Shown here in pieces: positions 59,948-64,000 of a DNA stretch of 64,000 bases. Below the pieces are notes generated by a model. That model saw only the letters and a list, made by a program, of their open reading frames with translations, was not told the origin of the DNA and did not search any database. The position numbers were made by a program, and so were the translations under genes. Each line of letters opens with the position of its first letter. Position 1 is the stretch's first letter. The DNA is from Haliotis rubra (taxonomy: Eukaryota): positions 1,922,001 through 1,986,000 of the forward strand of contig NW_025766980.1 in the NCBI RefSeq assembly GCF_003918875.1. Direction: 5' to 3'.

Positions 59948-61084
59948 ATTGGACATAACAGCGTGTACAAATAAAAACGAATTAAGAGTGAATGTGATTA
60001 GTTTAATTTTAGGAGTGAGCGAATTTTGGTAACACCAGCGTCTGTAACATTCAAGCAGCTTCATGGAAACCTGTTTTTGATATAACCAACCAGTGATCAA
60101 CTGCACGAGCAGCTGTCCAGTGTATCAGTGGCCCGTCCACCGAGAACAGTGACACGTCATGAGCAGGGCCATACATGGTAACCATTAAGTCCATGTTATA
60201 GTCTTGCAGCACTGGGATATGTAGACATATTTCCGAGAAAAACTCCAAACAGGATATTTCGAGATTGAATAAGACAACATTATGACGTCATAGTCATTAA
60301 TACCCCATGATCCAGGCTACAGTAGGTCTTCTACAACACACGCTTGTCGGAAGAGGCGGCTGTGGCCATTCAGGGGATCGGATAGTGAGGCCCTATGGCA
60401 GATGGCAGTTTCAATTTCTGTATTACGTTGTGTGTTTTGTCACATTGAAAACAAAAATAATTGTGTCTTGCGATGTTTTAAGAAGGAAATATGTGGTAAC
60501 CTGCTCTTGTCTTATTTCCAGGTGTGCATACATACCCTATTTTATTACAGTTGACGTATCTTACAACCTGATATCCTAACTCGAAAACACACTTAAGGAA
60601 TGCGTGGAAGTAAGTATTACAAATTATTCACAGGTGTTGCCAGTCGATATCTCACGGTAGCAATATGTAACTAGGCCTGATATTATCAACTCCTTGGGGA
60701 TAAACTTCATCTGTCATCTGTCAATCAAGTGAATTAAATGACGTCACCAGTGCTGATGGAGGGATTAACATGCCTGAGGAAGATCAGATTTCTATCCAAG
60801 AATTAACTAGGCCGTGACGAACTCAAGTTTTAGATTACAAGTACCGGTGAAAATTATTCGCCACTATTCAGTAAATCCCGGACTCAACCTAGCGGAAGTA
60901 ACTTCACGCCATGAAACTGAACGATGCACGCGCAGAACATGTTTTCGTGCTATCGGGACGCCCGCACAGTTGATACACATATACATGTATATTGGCATAA
61001 AATCGCAAAAAGTAGCATTCCGTGCAAGTTGTCATCCCGGGCACAGCACAGTTCATTCTGTCGACGGGGATGTCAAACTGACAG

Positions 61085-61223
61085 AGTGAGTGAGTTTAGT
61101 TTTACGCCGCTTGTTACAATATTACGGCAGGGGACACCAGAAATGGGCTTCACACGTTGTACCCATGTGGGGAATCGAACTCGGGTCTTCGGCATTATAA
61201 CCACTAGGCTACCCCACCGCCCC
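61085..61223 (-). mobile_element. Family A SINE
   Basis: reverse complement of family A; TSD tcaaactga. Confidence 0.85.
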
Positions 61224-62128
61224 TCAAACTGAAAGAAGTGTATTTCAATCTCACCATGTCACAAAAGCAGTGCAGGCATTCCGCACCCCGTATTGTAATG
61301 AACCGATCGGATCGTGCCAATAGGTTTGTTGAGGAAGAATGTTTTTCATAACTTTGCTGAAATATCCCTGTGAATCTTGAATATTTAGTAGGGAAACTGA
61401 CATATTGATTCATACACACCTATCACCTCCCAAACAACAGCTTCTTGTACTGTTCAATGCATCGATCAAGCCACGGCACTCTCCCGCTACGGTGTAAAAC
61501 GTTTCATATGTACAAGGATAACCTGTACAAGTCACAGAACATTCGTGTCTATAGTTAAGCCATTATAGGCACCAGCTCGGATGTTATTAACGTCTTGTCA
61601 GTAGTGTACTACCTGATGTGTCCACAGTGGCATATACTAGTATATAATTCTGTGCAAGAAATGGTTTTCTCCTAACCAATTTCCTTGGTGACTATTTATA
61701 TTTTTCCATATTCCAGGTTTCAATAAAAAAAATATCCTGGGCTATAATATATTGTGTGCAAACAAATCTGAAACAGGTTTGTAAATATTGTCTGACATGA
61801 CATTAAATCACGACCAACATGCCACTGAAACCTTACAACCCTTTCCGTCTAATGGTCGCTCCCTATCAATATACTCCAACCAACTATTGACTAGTCTATA
61901 ACAGACCTTAGATAACAAACAAGATAGGGAGTTAAACTCAAGTCTAAAATGATTTGGCAAGTCTAGATAGTCTTAGTTTAGAAAATCTTGCGTTCATGAA
62001 GGCCTTATTTAGATTTGAACTTATATTTTGTAGACAAAATGGTTTACATAGATTTGTTCTGAGATTAGATGTAAGTCTGACGTTTGACACTTGGGAATGT
62101 TCCCATGTACATAACAGCAAGGTCGGGC

Positions 62129-62296
62129 TGAGGGGTAGCCTCGTGGTTAAAGCGTTCGCTCGTCACGCCGAATACCCGAGTTCGATTCCCCACATGGGTA
62201 CACTGTGTGAAGCCCATTTCCGGTGTTTCCTGCCGTAATATTGCTGGAATATTGCTAAAAGCGGCGTAAAACCAAACTCACTCACTCTCTCACTCA
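62129..62296 (+). mobile_element. Family A SINE
   Basis: A/B boxes, (ACTC)n tail, imperfect TSD acagcRaggtcRggc. Confidence 0.85.
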
Positions 62297-63479
62297 CAGC
62301 GAGGTCAGGCAAGACGTGTAAAATGCCGCCCGAGTTGGCCATCAAGTTGTGATTGCGATCTATTACATGTCGATAGCTGTCAACCGCTATGTCTTGTTAT
62401 GAACAAGCGAGGTGATTGACAGCCCTTGTAATGGGCCCGTGATTTCTGTATCGGAGACACTACCGCCATCTGGCCGAGAAGCCGACTGTTGACATAAGTA
62501 TAATACATTCTCAATATCATGTTATACCTTCTCAAGCGCACAGACAAGTAAACTCTTTCCCCTTGTATATTTATTAATTTTCTCAAGAGCGAGTTTAAGA
62601 AGACCCCAAATATTTACTTTTCTTTTGTGTAGGAAAAAACGGCCAATATGCCAGTATTGTATGGCCCGGTTACAAGAATGGATTATATTAACTGTGGAGA
62701 ATTCAATGTAGTCATGATCGGTATTTCTGTGTGATGGCGTGTGTTGTGTGTCTTGAAGATTTAATAACTGTAACACTATTGTCCGAAGCACGATCTCTTC
62801 AGCGTGACCTCGGTGTTGTAGAAGGAATATTATATATGTTTCGTTCTGCGTTGGGGAACAAGAAGGGCTAAGAAGGGTCACGAAATTATGTGACAGTGGA
62901 GTGTGGATTTAGATATCCTGCCCATAATGGTGTCATAACACTCACACAAAAGTGCACTTAGCAGTCGACTTTAAACACATTTCTTGTTCAATGGCCACTC
63001 TGGCAGTGTTCAACAACAGAGCTGACGGTCACGGAGTCCTTAGACGAAGGTTAAATTGAGTGAAAGAATCCTTTTATACCACCTACTTAATATATTATTC
63101 CGATAAACCCCATGTTGATAGAAACTGCGAGGTTGATTTTAAGAATTATATATCTCAGACGACCGTAGAAAGGCCTTTCCTTACACTTCGGGCTGTAATT
63201 TCACCATTTGTGTTTTGTATCATGCATAAATTTCAAAACAGAAAAATGAATCACCGTACGTGGTATCTTTATCAGACAACGATGTCTTGTCATTTTGAAT
63301 ATGTTAGTGAGTTATTCAACGTTGAAGAGTATTTCAGTGGAATCAAGGTATGTAAGCTGTGCTTGAGAGGAAAGTCCGAAGTGTTGAAGTTCTCGAGCGC
63401 TGACCACTTTGCCGCCAAAACAAAACTTGTGATAATTATCAAAATAAAATCCACCACCGTTTTCTGAACTGATGTTAAA

Positions 63480-63890
63480 GAAGACAGAACCAAACATATT
63501 TTTTGACGTGGCAAGACGCAGACTTTCAGAAACTATGCCATGTCAATGGATGTCCTACTTTAACACCGGTGCTAACTTATTGGTTGACCGTCGAGAAAGT
63601 TCGTAGGCACCGGTGAAGTAAATGATAGTCCAAGACCTGGAAGACCGGGGAAGACCAATGACCGTAATGACCCAGCCCACATTCGTCTTGCAAGACGCAA
63701 TCCCATAATCCATGACGAAGAATTGTGCCTGCAATGGAGAGTGGAGTACCAATACTATCAGAAGGACGCGATCAGACGTCCCTTTCTCACAGAGAGGCAC
63801 GGTCAGGAACCTCTGATGTGGCACAGGCTAGGAGAAAACCTCAACGTGAAGACTTAGCAAGGGTTCATTAGTCTGATGAAAATCTTCTAC
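63480..63890 (+). pseudogene. Highly degenerate Tc1-like transposase N-terminal relic
   Basis: TGEVNDSPRPGRPGKT..D..IRLARRNP resembles the GRPR linker and HTH region; tctgatgaa (SDE) near 63872. Confidence 0.55.
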
Positions 63891-63910
63891 ATGCTACGGC
63901 CGTTGTCAAG

Positions 63911-64000
63911 TACGCCGCTTTTAGCAATATTCCAGCAATATCACGGCGGGGACACCAGAAATGGGCTTCACACATTGTACCCATGTGGAGAATCGAACCC
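63911..64000 (-). mobile_element. Family A SINE, cut by the window edge
   Basis: same sequence as 1078-1166. Confidence 0.85.

Noticed and set aside
59000-63467. Short ORFs in the distal region
   Set aside because: No recognisable domains or coherent exon chain; the region looks intergenic or intronic

Overview
AT-rich, repeat-dense eukaryotic DNA, most likely from a marine mollusc (the SINE repertoire suggests an abalone-like gastropod; this is inferred, not proven). Two host genes lie on the + strand. The first is the last three coding exons of a C-type lectin / mucin-stalk / single-pass membrane protein (654-3266). The second is a 12-coding-exon FAM114A2-like gene (12970-49803). The FAM114A2 intron at 23530-47171 is almost entirely filled by a 22.9-kb nest. 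That nest is a minus-strand tandem Gypsy LTR retrotransposon (LTR-internal-LTR-internal-LTR, single TATG target-site duplication, tRNA-Lys PBS, PNMA-type Gag, -1 frameshift into pol). Its 5' LTR is interrupted by a structurally complete DIRS1-type tyrosine-recombinase retrotransposon (ITRs, ICR, gag, RT/RH, methyltransferase-like, YR). The most unusual feature is inside each Gypsy LTR: a ~500-nt GT-AG intron-like segment whose last 74 nt duplicate the 74 nt preceding its donor, directly followed by AATAAA. The remainder is SINEs (Meta-, CORE- and V-domain-like plus a short tRNA-derived family), MITEs, Tc1/mariner relics and minisatellites. Many scattered 1-bp indels look like uncorrected long-read errors.
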